Of a stretch of 64,000 bases of DNA, positions 44,391 through 56,836 are shown one piece after another. Every line of letters begins with the position of its first letter. The stretch's first letter is position 1. Below the pieces are notes generated by a model that saw only the letters and a program-made list of their open reading frames with translations, made no database searches and had not been told where the DNA came from. The translations under genes were made by a program, and so were the position numbers. The DNA comes from Hormiphora californensis (Eukaryota > Animalia > Ctenophora). The stretch is from contig CM035358.1 in assembly GCA_020137815.1 (NCBI GenBank), positions 3,534,001 to 3,598,000 on the forward strand, in the 5' to 3' direction.

Positions 44391-46348
44391 TTATTTCCCC
44401 ACTCTCTTCTCTATTTTATTGTACTTTCTGATGGAATCTAAGAAATCCGTCGGAGAGATAAGGTGACACGTTGGTAGTGATATTATTTCAGTAAGGTGGA
44501 CAGGCCAGGGTGGGTAACCCGCCAGAGAGTGAAGCGTCCCAAACTTTAGGATCATTTCTGGGTTATCGTGTGAAAACACCTGGAGAAGGGGAGGGAGATT
44601 AGAGGCAATTTGATACACTAAAACTTGTCAGCCAAGGTATAATGTATATACTGCTTTGAGGGGAAGAGAGACATAGCTAGAAGGTTTTGATAATCGATCA
44701 CTGTACCTTTAAATAATCTTCCACTGTATTCTGTGTAATTTGTGGGGTACATCCGCTCAGAACCTCGCTGGCTATAGTTCGAGCTGCAGTGGATGGGGAC
44801 AAGTTAGTAAAGAAGAAGGGAATATAGGCCAGGAAAATAGTACCAATATTATTGGCAGTAAACGACCATTCTGGGAACTAATTTTCCATTTCTATACTAG
44901 GACAATCATGTTGCTATGGAAACCTAACTACCTAAATGTACTAATAACCAGGAACCGACCGAAACAAGTAAACAACCAATCAGAACTCGTTATTCATGTC
45001 ACGTGACTGGTTATCAGCCAATCAGGGACCAGTATTTCCTGATTCGGTCGGTTCCTACTAATAACCTGCATGAACGATGTCATTCCTCCCATTTTCAACG
45101 CTCACAAACTTGATATTAGCCCTTAGGTCCCCTCCTTTAGGACAAATTTTGGAATCTTTGGTGAATGAGGTATAATACTCTCGCAGCTCCTTGTCAATTT
45201 CAATCTTGTTGTTACGTAGTCTACCATAGTAGTCGTATAGGGAGATGGTGGTGACACCTGTGTAACATAATAGGGATTGTTAAGGGTACGCTAACCAAAA
45301 AATTTTTTCGAGTGCAGGGAAATCTCTCACCGTAGGGTTGTAGGCCATACCAAGGAGACCTCAAATATTCAATTTTAGCCCTTAAGTCGAATTCATATTT
45401 TTGCTACAGCTGTTTAAAAAATGTCCTGTAAATACATTTTTGGCATCTCAAAAAATTTTTTATTATTTATTATTGAATTGTTAACGGCTCAAAGGGACTG
45501 TTATAGATATCCACCATTTATTAATAATTAAATCACCTAGACCCCATGGCGTCATATATTATAGTTCCAATGGGTGAATGTTTCATGACACCCCTATGGC
45601 GGTATGTATAATCAAAAGAAGGCCCGCTTGTTCAGCCAATCACGCAAACAGATGATGTATTTAACAAACTTCACAGTGTATGAAGCTAACGGAGCTGATA
45701 TACGTCAGGGGATGACTCCATTTCAAAACTGGTTCTGATGATGCAGCTACACGTACAAGTGGTGATTTCCGGCAGCATGCTAGGTCATATTAAAGTTTCA
45801 CCAGGCACGAAGCGACCAGCAAGTTACATACCAGGAACCGACCGAAACAAGTAAACAACCAATCAGAACTCGTTATTTAGGTCACGTGACGGGTTATCAG
45901 CCAATCAGGGACCAGTATTTCCTGATTCGGTCGGTTCCTGTTACATACCCAAACAGATGCACCAGACAATGGGTTTAACAAGGTCCTCCATTGGCACACC
46001 CTCCTCAAGGAAGACCAGAGACACATGGGCTGGAACTTTGCCAAGATTCTTCGAGTGAGCCATGAGGATATCCACATTCCATTTGGAAACTCTCCACCAC
46101 CTGCAATTAAAGAGGGTTAATTGTGTCACTGCCTAAAAAGGGTTGTTAAAATATTGTACAAATGCTATTGCACTGGGTTATTTGTTATTGAAACATGGGT
46201 ACAAATAACAACCGACAGGTGGTCCGAATAGGACATCTAAGGGAAGATCTTACCTCAGCAGATTAAAAGCAGATTGGGATATCACTTGTAATTGGCAGTA
46301 AGTGTGTAGAAAGAGGTGGATCACAAACAGAAATCCTTCATACATCAT
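44391..46348 (-). CDS. NUS1: Dehydrodolichyl diphosphate synthase complex subunit NUS1 (Nogo-B receptor)
   Basis: Five exons. KVPAHVSLVF..IVWCICLGVTTISLYDYYG, NPEMILKFG..LAGYPPWPVHLTEII and C-terminal EKRVGK (RxG motif) match NgBR. Confidence 0.92.
44949..45057. mobile_element. 109-bp hAT-like MITE
   Basis: 8-bp TSD CTAATAAC at 44941-44948 and 45058-45065. Confidence 0.9.
45284..45814. mobile_element. Composite TE remnant: Kolobok-like left end and Chapaev-like right end
   Basis: 45284-45410 resembles the reverse complement of 1040-1170; 45750-45814 resembles 14285-14348. Confidence 0.6.
45832..45940. mobile_element. 109-bp hAT-like MITE
   Basis: 8-bp TSD TTACATAC at 45824-45831 and 45941-45948. 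Confidence 0.9.
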
Positions 46349-46790
46349 ATTGAAGGAGCTAGAACAGTAAGGAGGGTTAGAATAATATTTTAGAGTGGTT
46401 ATAAGTGGTCCTTGAATGAGAGATTGGAAGGAGAGTCACACATACACTCATGGAATGATTGAAATTAACGTGTCCATGATGTGAACTTTCCAATGAAGCA
46501 GTTGCTTGCGCGCAGCTGAGTGCGCGTTTGTCTCGCGCCGACCACTCTACAAAATTGGTGTGGGGCGTCCGCGTCTGGAGTTCCTCGCGCTAAAACATGA
46601 CGTGTCCCTGGCCCACGGAAGTCTCCAGCATAATATGCAGGAAACCATGAGAGAAAAGGTGTGAGATGGTGTAAAACAAAGCAGCTGTGGACAGGACCGG
46701 CATTATATCGATAGAAAGGCAGAACAGATGCGAACACACTGGCTTTATACACGTTAAAAAGTCAAATATTAGAGATTTTAAAAAGTTGGA

Positions 46791-47633
46791 CTACAAAATA
46801 GTGCTGGGGTCCCAGCACACTTTCATGTCACAATCCAAAGCTGATAAAGCGCTCACTTCCTCTTCGCTCAATTTTACCGAATCCAAACCATTGAAATTGT
46901 CCACCACCCGGTCACATTTTGATGTCCTTGGTATACAAATAACACCCTTACTGCAACACCATTTTATCAGAACGGTTGCCGGGGTAACAGAGTGTCTCTC
47001 TGCTATCTCAACTACAGTTTTATTATCCAGTAAAGCTCCTTGTGCGAATGGTGAGTATCCCATAATCTGAATACCATGCGATGTAGCAAACTGTATTGTA
47101 GATGTATCTTGGTACAGGGGGTGGTATTCGTTTTGTAGAACACTAGGTACATGATCCGGTGACTGGGCGATTAGTTCTTGTAAATGTCTTTTGGTATAGT
47201 TAGAAACACCTATCCTCCTAACCTTGCCTTCCCTTTGTAACTCCTTCAGTACTTCCCATGATTCCGAGCGTAAAACAGAGTTCTGACAATCACCGTGTTT
47301 AATTTTAGCGACACCCGGCCAGTGAATCAACATTACATCAACATATCCACCAAATAGTGCCGCACTCCTCTCTACGACATGTCTGCACTTGTCCCTTCCT
47401 TGACTGGAGGGCGCTATCTTGCTCACAATAGTTATATCACCTCTAGTTAGGTTGTGTGAAGGAAGGAGGGTGGTTAGAGACTCTGCGATTAGGTGGTCAT
47501 TCTTGTAACACTCAGCTGTGTCAATTAGACGGATCCCGCAGGAGAGGGCAGCGTTGAGGACGTTGTGGAGGTTAGGTTGTGATTTTAGCTGGAATGTTCC
47601 GATACCAAGTAGGGGAAGAGCAGGTAATGACAT
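46791..47633 (-). CDS. Aldo-keto reductase, intronless
   Basis: LGIGTFQ, IDTAECYKN (catalytic D/Y), IVSK, LIHWP, IGVSNY, GYSPF, IPRTS motifs in a 280-aa ORF. Confidence 0.95.
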   Translation of the reverse strand: MSLPALPLLGIGTFQLKSQPNLHNVLNAALSCGIRLIDTAECYKNDHLIAESLTTLLPSHNLTRGDITIVSKIAPSSQGRDKCRHVVERSAALFGGYVDVMLIHWPGVAKIKHGDCQNSVLRSESWEVLKELQREGKVRRIGVSNYTKRHLQELIAQSPDHVPSVLQNEYHPLYQDTSTIQFATSHGIQIMGYSPFAQGALLDNKTVVEIAERHSVTPATVLIKWCCSKGVICIPRTSKCDRVVDNFNGLDSVKLSEEEVSALSALDCDMKVCWDPSTIL

Positions 47634-48077
47634 GCTATATAGAGACGAAAAATTAACTTCTGGAATCGCTGAATTGATTGTTGTATGAGATTCAATAACT
47701 TAGCAAACTAGCAAACAGAATTATTAGCGAATATATTCGGGAAGGATCACATGACCTGACTAACTTTCAAAACATTGCACCTGTGTTAGTCTGATTAAAC
47801 TAACCACATGGAAAAACTTATCGTAATTGTCACGACAAAGAAAATAAAACAAAATCTTTAACTGTCATGGATGATTGTTGCTAGCTTTATACTTGTAAAA
47901 TACAGAACCAAAGTGGGAGTGAACGAAGATCGTGTAAAGTTCGATTTTTTAAAATGCAAACCGGGGGCGTGCATTTAAAATGCATTTACATAATTCGATT
48001 TGTGCGTGCTAAACCATTTCGATCACATCTTTGGCTCCTGATAAGACTTGATCTTGGTTGCATTGAAAAGGTCTTAA

Positions 48078-48552
48078 AGTGAGGGTGGACAGAATCAGAA
48101 TTGGACAAGTTTTTTGGAGGTTGTAGAGATTAGTTCTATGAGCATTTTGCGTTTTTGCCGCTCAAAATCGACCCATCCATCACTGAGATATTTTTGTTAC
48201 TCTCGGGGAATTCCTGCTGGATCAGTATTTATGAAACAGGATAGAAACAATCCTTGTGTTTTACTAACAAATTCTTAAAATTTTTAATATGCTGAATTGC
48301 ATTGCTCTGCTTCTGTGCATAGACATGTCAACCTCACTGCTTATATTCAGAATGTGTTAGTAAAACACGATGATTGTTTCTATCCTGTTTGTTACATACT
48401 GATTAAACAGGAATTCCCCGAGAGTAACAAAAATATCTCAGTGATGTATGGGTCGATTTTGAGCGGCAAAAAGGCAAAATGCTCATAGAACTAAAAAAAA
48501 TCTCTACAACCTCCAAAAAACTTGTCCAATTCTGATTCTGTCCACTCTCACT
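48078..48552. mobile_element. Kolobok-like foldback MITE
   Basis: TTAA|AGTGAG...CTCACT|TTAA; ~200-bp imperfect arms. Confidence 0.85.
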
Positions 48553-48576
48553 TTAAAATTATCTTTCCAACACTTC

Positions 48577-49627
48577 GGGGGGGTACCAACCTATTTTTTT
48601 GTATTTTTTTGTATTTTTTTGTACGGTCCGTACAAAAAAATAACCAAAATTCCCTGCTTTTTCCGTACAAAAAATACAAAAAAATACAAAAAAATATACT
48701 GCTGAAGGGAACTTCTTTAGGGCCCCCTATAAGTCTCTAGAGGTTTGCGGGGTCCTTATACTGGCCTGTATAGCCCTCTAGTTTCGTAGTACTCATAATC
48801 CCATGCTTTTTCCATGCGAACATTACCATGATTAAGTTATTCTAGACCTGAACTTGCTCCAAATCCTAGTTGGGTAACAGCAAAATATGTCGGGATAGTG
48901 CCCAAGCTTTATTTTCTGATGAAATTTCATTTCTCGGCCGAATATGCCTACTTATTCCCCCTCATGCCTGGAAAAAGGAGGCATAAGCAGGCCGAAAAAC
49001 TGAAAAAGCCGAATCGGCCTCTCTCCCCCGGCCAGTTGTGCGCGCGCTACATTATATACTCTCAAATCGCAGTCTATTCAGTCCCCCCATGGTGTAGTGG
49101 TTATTGCATATACTTGACACGCAGAAGGTCCCGGGTTCGAAACTCGCCTGGATCATTTTTTTCAAAACTTTTTAAATACTAACACTTGGTATAGCAAGTG
49201 TGTAAATCAATTAATTTCAAAAACTCGACCGTTTTTTAGACTATTAAATTAAAGTTCCACTATCTTGAACTATTATCAAACTAACTTAGACCACGGGAAA
49301 AAATCGGCCAAAATGGGGATAAATTTTGGCCATTCTCGGCCAAAAAATATGCTGGGACACCGGGTTAGTAAGACTTGTTCTAGTTAGGAGTCGTGGGGAC
49401 GGGGAATGGTAAAATAAACTAAATAAACACTCTAGAGGCCTTTAAAGGCCAATAGAAGGACCTCGAGCGCCTCTAGAGACCTGTAGAAGGCACCAAAGAA
49501 GTTCCCGACAGCAGTAAACTTTTTTGTATTTTTTTGTATTTTTTTGTATTTTTTTGTACGGACCGTACAAAAAAATATTGCCTGCTTTTTCCGTACATCC
49601 GTACACAAAAATGGTTGATACCCCCCC
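48577..49627. mobile_element. Mutator-like non-autonomous element with long imperfect TIRs
   Basis: G7/C7 termini; 9-bp TSD CAACACTTC at 48568-48576 and 49628-49636; inverted similarity over >200 bp. Confidence 0.78.
49083..49155 (+). pseudogene. tRNA-Val-like pseudogene (GAC anticodon position) in the centre of the MULE-like element
   Basis: A box TGGTGTAGTGG, B box GGTTCGAAAC, T7 terminator at 49156; resembles tRNA-Val, but the acceptor and anticodon stems pair poorly. Confidence 0.7.
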
Positions 49628-51368
49628 CAACACTTCCGGGATCAAGTTTTAAAATTATCGAATTAAGTGCACGCCAGGGACGGCGCTCGTGGGTGTCTGG
49701 GTGTCTGCGGACACCCAGACCAAAAAGACGGAGAGAGAAAAGAAAAAAATGGAAAAAAAATAATTTGAAAAAAATCGGTGATTTTTTCTCGTGATCAGGA
49801 AACTTCTTTTTTTTTCCATTTTTCACAAAAGGAGTTCAATTTAAAAACTCCTCAAAACGTCCGAAATTTTCGCCCCTGGAGTCTACTTGTGGGGGGTTTC
49901 ACCCCTACACCCCCGAATCAGGCTCCCGCCCCTGGCCCCGGACACCCAGGGACTTGCCATCCCTGGTGCACGCCCCCGGTTCGCATTATTAAAAATTGGA
50001 ATTTTGAGTGTTTGTGCCCCATTTTCCAACTTGGAATATAAATAAGAATAATTGCGGTATAATGTCATACCGCCTGATTTCCCCGCCAACAGAATCCTGA
50101 ATCCGGACATTTTAGCAAGCTAGAAATTGGAAAACGGGGTCAATATCGTCCATATAGTCAGGTTAGAATTAAAAGATTATATAGATTGGTATATGTGCCC
50201 CTTGTTCATGGGGGATATTGCATCCCTTTTCAGTTTTCAACTGAGAAAAAAAAAATACTTGAAAATTGAGAAATCAAAAAAAATTCACAAAACAAAATGT
50301 TAAAAACTTTTGAAATGATTTTCAAACCGAAAGTCTTCTGCGCGCGCTGCGCGGCGGCTAAATGCATTGTACTAAATTTCAAATAGCGCGTTCCCAAAAG
50401 TCAAAATTATTATATCGCTATGACGTCATTGAATGGCACAGCTGCTTCGAAATATTAGGGCTGACAAAATTAAATGCATAATATGGTCCTGTGAAAAAAG
50501 AGCAGTAAAATATCGGCAAATAAGGTGATTTTTCACAATTTATCAATATTATTAATATCATTATTTCGTCACCATGACGGTCATGTGGAATTGCATTGCA
50601 AGATCTTTCAATTATCACAAAACCCAAATCAGGGTCTTTTTAGTTTGAATTTTAATTAAATTTCCAAGCAATATTTAAAGTCCATTTTTTTTCAACTGTT
50701 CACCCAAAATTGAAATTTCAGTGAAATTTAGAATTTTCGTGGCGCGCGCTACACGTTAACATGTGATAGACGCGCAAAACAATTCCGCGCACGACTTTGG
50801 GGGGTGAACAGTTGAAAAAAAATGGAGTATATTGTAAAATAGAATCTTTTGATGGCAAGCAGGAAGAACTTGTCCATTACTCTCACTCTCACTGAGAGTC
50901 TCACTCATTCTGATCTCATGAGCACAATCAAGTAGCTTTTATGAATGTGCCAAATCAATAAGATATTGATAAGTTGAATCAGAATCAGAATAGCAAAGTG
51001 GCCCCCGAAGTTCCCTCAACTTCAACTTCAAGAGGTCAAATCGATTCAAAACAGATCCACATAGCTCGCGTCGCCAGATCAGGTCTCGACCTGAGACAGC
51101 CTAGCTCCAGGGAGGCATGTCATCGGTAGTAGCAGTAGCACTACTAAGCACCAGAAGGATCCAACTTTGGTGAGATAGACACCTGGCGCGACCCCCGCAC
51201 ACACGTGTGCGCCAGGTCGCACCTCTGAGCTCATTGCCAAAAAACAGCTCGTGAGAGCAACGGACACGTTCTTGCTTTTCGAATGATTGTGATTCATCGT
51301 AAAATAACGAAATACAGTGACACAGTGTCACCAATGCATGATCTTAATGGAATGAAGACGGCAGCTCA

Positions 51369-53125
51369 TCAAACTTGAATATCTTTAACTTCTTCACTGT
51401 CTTCAGTGGACCTGTCCAGGATTAAAATAACTTTGTTAAACGCTCTCCATCTCTTTATCAGGTTCAGATACATCTTAACCTGAAATATAATTTGAGTGTG
51501 AATGATTTCGGTACCAAGTAGTAAGTCAGGATTGGTTATAGGTAGTCTCCAAATTGTGAGACTGAGGATATCTCCAGCTCCAACCTCTGGAGGATGGAGA
51601 CACGCATGGTAAACGCAGTTGTGCAAATTTGTTGGTATGATTACCTGAGCGAAGACAAAAGAAAGACCTCCAACAAACCCGATAACGACCACAACTACTT
51701 TAGTCCAGAATGCCCAACCAAGATTTGCCTGATCGATATCCTGAGGGGGGATAGAGGTGTAAGTTTCTGGATAGCGAGTAACGAGAGCCTTCCCAAAGAA
51801 AGTTTAGGCACCGGTTCGTTGTTTGCTTTCACTAGTTCAGTAGGTACTCAACGGCCCAACTATTTTGCACAACCCCTCCCTCCCACTCTGTCAGAACAGT
51901 GGCCGGACAGCTCCCACTGCAGTCGGGTAAACTGGGGTAAAATAGTCCACGGGGCAAAGTGGCACATGTATGGGGCAAAACGGTCCAAGTTACATGTGGT
52001 CACGTGACTTTGGCCGGACAGCTCCCACTGCAGTATTGTTACCTGTAAGAGTCGCTGCAGTAGAATCCAGATGCTCCAGCCCACACATGTGATGGCTAGC
52101 AGGTGAAATGTAACGGAACACAGTATCTTTCTCCGCTCGTGACGAGATAAAGACAACAGCCGCCACTGAAACAGGACCATTGGTTAATGTCGCTATGTCA
52201 CCAACTTGTTAATTGGTCTGGTGACAGGCGGTGCTCAGATTTGGTCGATGCCGCCCGACAGTGGTTAATTGGTAATGAGGTGTGCCTTTCCCTGCTCCGG
52301 CCTGAGGGGTTATGTATTACTAAGCCCAGTTTTACCCCGTCTTACCTTGTCAGGCCAATGCTCTGACCACAGAATAGGGTCATGCCAATGCTCTGACAGG
52401 TTTTACCTTTGAAAATGGTCGAATAGTTGAGTGTAGTTTAAATTCGTATCGACACAGCTCACACCTCGTCTTCTGGGTACTAGACAACCACTCTTGCAAA
52501 CATCTCTGGGAACAAATTGGAATAATTAGTGACCTGTCGCCTGATGAGTGATGATTGGTTTCCCGTCAGGGATTCCATGAAACGTGTGTCGCGTCCTAAA
52601 TACAGCTGTATTATTTCGTTGGGAATAATTAGTGACAATAGTATTAGTGGCGCTAGCTAGAGGATGTAACTACAGCTGCATTGTCATAATTTGACTTAGA
52701 TTAACTTAAATTAGCTGTGATTATTATCACCTGATGTATGTAGCCTAGACTGCCAGTACAGTGGCATGGTGATATCAACTCTTCTCCCTCCTCTATCCCA
52801 CAATGACATATTCTAGAGGAGAAATAGAAGATTAAGTTAGTTGATTAAGCTAAGAAAAGCTAGTTCAATATCAGCAGTTGCCAAATATAAAACATTCCCT
52901 ACATATAAAACCCTCCCTCCCCAAAACAAACATCTACCTGCATATTTGTTCCTCGGCATCAGACCATTTCCTTTGCTCAACTCCATGCATGATAGTTGTG
53001 TTTATAAAGGAGCAAGGAACTTTCTAGTACTATCGATGTTTAATTGTCATCATCTCTTTCAAAATCATCCTCTCATTCTGGTATGTGTCCGCTTCCTGAT
53101 CAGCTCATTTGGATCTATAAGAATC
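51369..53125 (-). CDS. MARCH1/8-type RING-CH membrane E3 ubiquitin ligase (5' end uncertain)
   Basis: [43 protein letters not shown]. TM segments: ERRKILCSVTFHLLAITCV and WAFWTKVVVVVIGFVGGL. Tail: KRWRAFNKVI. Confidence 0.9.
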
Positions 53126-53357
53126 TGAGATAGTTTAAAAGAGAAGGTATGATTGCAGCTATAAACTATTATAGAAACTTTTTGAATTACTCTAATACTA
53201 TTAGTTACTAATTGTACACAAAATACATCAGCATAGTTGCACAAGAATAAAGCTTGCTAGAACTAGAAGCACCCACTGCTCATACTACTAAGAGGGACAA
53301 TGCATTGCAATATGGAGCTACTCGCCCTTGAAGTGTTCAATGTATTCAACAAAGCTA

Positions 53358-53571
<214 letters not shown>

Positions 53572-53752
53572 AGATGTATCATTGTATTGTAAGTTGGCTA
53601 TCTACATAATACCCAGTGCTGGTAGAGAGAGAGAGAGAGCTGGGAGAGATGTGAGTACCCTTGGACCGAGTGGGTTTATGTCTAGGGTCCTAGGGTCTTG
53701 GTAACACCAACAACCACTGCCAGAGCATTGGCCTGACAGATTAACTAGTTAC

Positions 53753-53810
53753 TTGTACTGAGCTGTACGTGCTCGCAGTTATAACTGCGAGCACGTACAG
53801 CTCAGTACAA
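53753..53810. repeat. 58-bp perfect palindrome with no loop
   Basis: TTGTACTGAGCTGTACGTGCTCGCAGTTA|TAACTGCGAGCACGTACAGCTCAGTACAA. Confidence 0.9.
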
Positions 53811-54088
53811 ACGATAAAGGCACAGTACACATACACACAAGAAGCTTAGAGCTCTAGATATAATTGCTATACGTCGTAGTATATACGTGCGGGTAATTAT
53901 GAAGCCCGCCGGTCTGAGTAAGAAACATATAATACAATAATAACTCATACAAGTTGGGAGCTTTCATTTCATCTTGACGTGCTTCAACCCTGTTCTTTGT
54001 GTAGCGAGAACTCGATATTGATCAAAGAAGAAGACTATAATGACAAATACAACTTGCTTCGTTTTGTGTACCGCGTGGCCCAAATTAA

Positions 54089-55157
54089 AGGGAGGGTACG
54101 TTGGCCTTCTTTTCACCCAGAAGTTTAATTTCAATCACTCTGATATTTTGACACAATGTCTGCATGGGTACTCATTCGAGGAATCCGAAGTTTCAAATCA
54201 TAAAAGTTGAAAGTTCATTAATGAACTCAATTTTTCGTTTTTCGGGTTTTTTGAGGTTTTCTCTTGACTAAATTCGATTTTATTATTTAAAACACCGCCA
54301 TACAATAGAGCAAGTATCAACAAATGGCAATCTGCATCTTTATTAAAATTGAATCAAGTTTAGTGGGTGAAATAAGTTATTTAAAGATGATATTTTTTAC
54401 CAAACATCGATTTTGACCTGTTTTGACCAGAAATCGGTAAATTCAGGCGCTAAAAATCTGTACGGCCACTACACTTGATGAATTTTGATGTTAGCCGGAA
54501 TTTAAGCTCTCTATCTTAAAATTCATTTTTCCGACTGGAATGAATCCTGAATGAACTTGAAAACAGGAATGCTTTTTGGAACCGGAATTTCACAGTCGCC
54601 TTCGGGTATCGATTTCCGTTCAAACGCGACTAATTTGAGCTCAATTGGACCACCACAAGAGACAGTGTCTAGTTATCTAACCTTAGGTTTGGTTATCTGA
54701 CACCTAATGAGACGATAGCGTCATTACTAAGTGCCAATAAGCAGGTGTAACTGTCGAGTATCACGTATCACGTCTGCTAATGAGGATGGTGTACCGATAC
54801 AGCATCCGTTAAAATGTAAGCTCTCTTGCTAACACGTCATAATTTGATGGGGATCACATGACTTACCCTAGGCTTAGAAAACGGACCCCTGTGATTCTTG
54901 TGGTGATCCAATTAAGCTCAAACTGGTCCCATTCGAAAGGAAATCGATAGCTAAACAAATTTGTGAAACGTTGGTACCGAAATATGGTCCCATATTGGTG
55001 TTCATTCAATGTTCATTCGGTCGAAAAAAATGAACTTTTATCCAGAGGGCTGAAACTTCGGATTCCTCGAATGAGTAACCATGCAGACATTGTGTCAAAA
55101 TATCAGAGTGATTGAAATTAAACTTCTGGGTGAAAAGAAGGCCAACGTACCCTACCT
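54089..55157. mobile_element. Kolobok-like non-autonomous element, ~107-bp TIRs
   Basis: TTAA|AGGGAGGGTACG ... CGTACCCTACCT|TTAA. Confidence 0.85.
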
Positions 55158-55199
55158 TTAATTTGGGCCACAGCAGAAATGAAATCAACTAAAGGAAAC

Positions 55200-55340
55200 C
55201 GACAAAGTTCGAATGAGTTCGAAATAAGTTCGAAATAAGTTCGACAAAGTTCGAGATAAGACGAAATAAGTTCGAAATAAGACTAAATAAGTTCGAATGA
55301 GTTCGAAATAAGACGAAATAAGTTCGAAATAAGACGAAAC
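55200..55340. repeat. 11-bp tandem repeat AAATAAGTTCG
   Basis: Direct reading. Confidence 0.85.
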
Positions 55341-55430
55341 GAGGAGTAGGGATCACACGGTCAAGAGAGAAGGATGTATACCATCATTGCTTGTATAGAT
55401 AGTGGCATGCTAATCTTCGTAATGAGTCAC

Positions 55431-55449
55431 AGGGAGAGAGAGAGGGAGG

Positions 55450-55531
<82 letters not shown>

Positions 55532-55680
55532 CAGAGACAGAGAGACAGAGAGACAGAGAGACAGAGAGACAGAGAGACAGAGAGATAGAGAGATAGAGAG
55601 ATAGAGAGATAGAGAGATAGAGAGATAGAGAGATAGAGATAGAGAGATAGAGAGATAGAGAGATAGAGAGATAGAGAGAC
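55431..55680. repeat. Compound (GA)n/(GACAGAGA)n/(GATAGAGA)n microsatellite
   Basis: Direct reading. Confidence 0.95.
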
Positions 55681-56836
55681 AACTTTGCTTTGGAGGAAAG
55701 CAGGCTAGCTGTTCCTACGTCAGAAATCGTAATGCAAGCAGCTAGGTGGCATCGGCGAAGATGTTTGCCTAATTGTACCAAGTTCTTTCTCTCTTCTCCC
55801 CCTCTCCTCCCCCTTCACATTTCCTCTCACTCTAAAATGTTTGCCCAAAAAGGCCAAAAAGGAGTAGAGGCGTAGAGGCCTCGCCCTGTTTTGGGGAGTG
55901 AAAAGGATGTAGAGTCTCTGTTAGAGAGACAACAAAATAAGAGAATGTGTGCGTTATAAATAGTGCATGCATTTCCTTGCTGGCAGGTACACATGTAACT
56001 TACTGAAGGAAGAGACAACAGTAACTATAACATAGTACACACACGTGATGTAAGAATCTAGGTAGTTCCATGCAGTTCCACAAACATATAGTATGACTAT
56101 GTACAACTACAATAGTGTAACAGCTCAACTATACTATGATATTATATTGGCTGTTGTAGTATCCGACCATACATATATTATTAGCATACATATAGAGCTC
56201 TAATAACAGCTACATATAAAGTTCGAACAGTGCAGTACAGCTAGTGAGTTCGAATAGAACAGTACAGCTAGTGCAATATAGAATTCGAATTTTACCAAAA
56301 TAGGAATAATCCAAATTTCACCATATCTCTCCATGCCTTTTCATATCTCTTTTTTATTAAAAAATATCGAGCAGTTCAGTATAATATGGAACAACAGGGA
56401 GGGATGCTCAGGAAAATGGTGAAAATAGGCATGGCAATTACATATCTAAGATCTCTTGACGCTATGAGAGACAGCAGAGGAGAGAGAGAGCAGGGAGGAA
56501 GATAGAGAGAAATACAAATATTTGTCTTTCGCTCTATCTTTCTCTCCTGCATTTACGTATGAGCTCAATTTACAAATTGAGTTCATGCGTAAATGCAAGC
56601 TTTATGTGATTGTAAGTGTATGGTATTAACTATGGACGTTAATTGTTAACCAAATACTTTTACATTATTCAGTTAAAATAAAATATTAAACAGTGAATCG
56701 CAGAAATCTATTAATTTTCAAAACCCAGAAAAAAATAAATGTAAAGTAGTCATTACTCATTAATCAACAAATTAAATATTAATTTTCAAATCATAAAACC
56801 ACAGCTACTCAATACTCAATACCCAAATCCCTCAAA

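Noticed and set aside
49083-49155. Functional tRNA-Val(GAC)
   Set aside because: The acceptor and anticodon stems do not pair properly; treated as a pseudogene.
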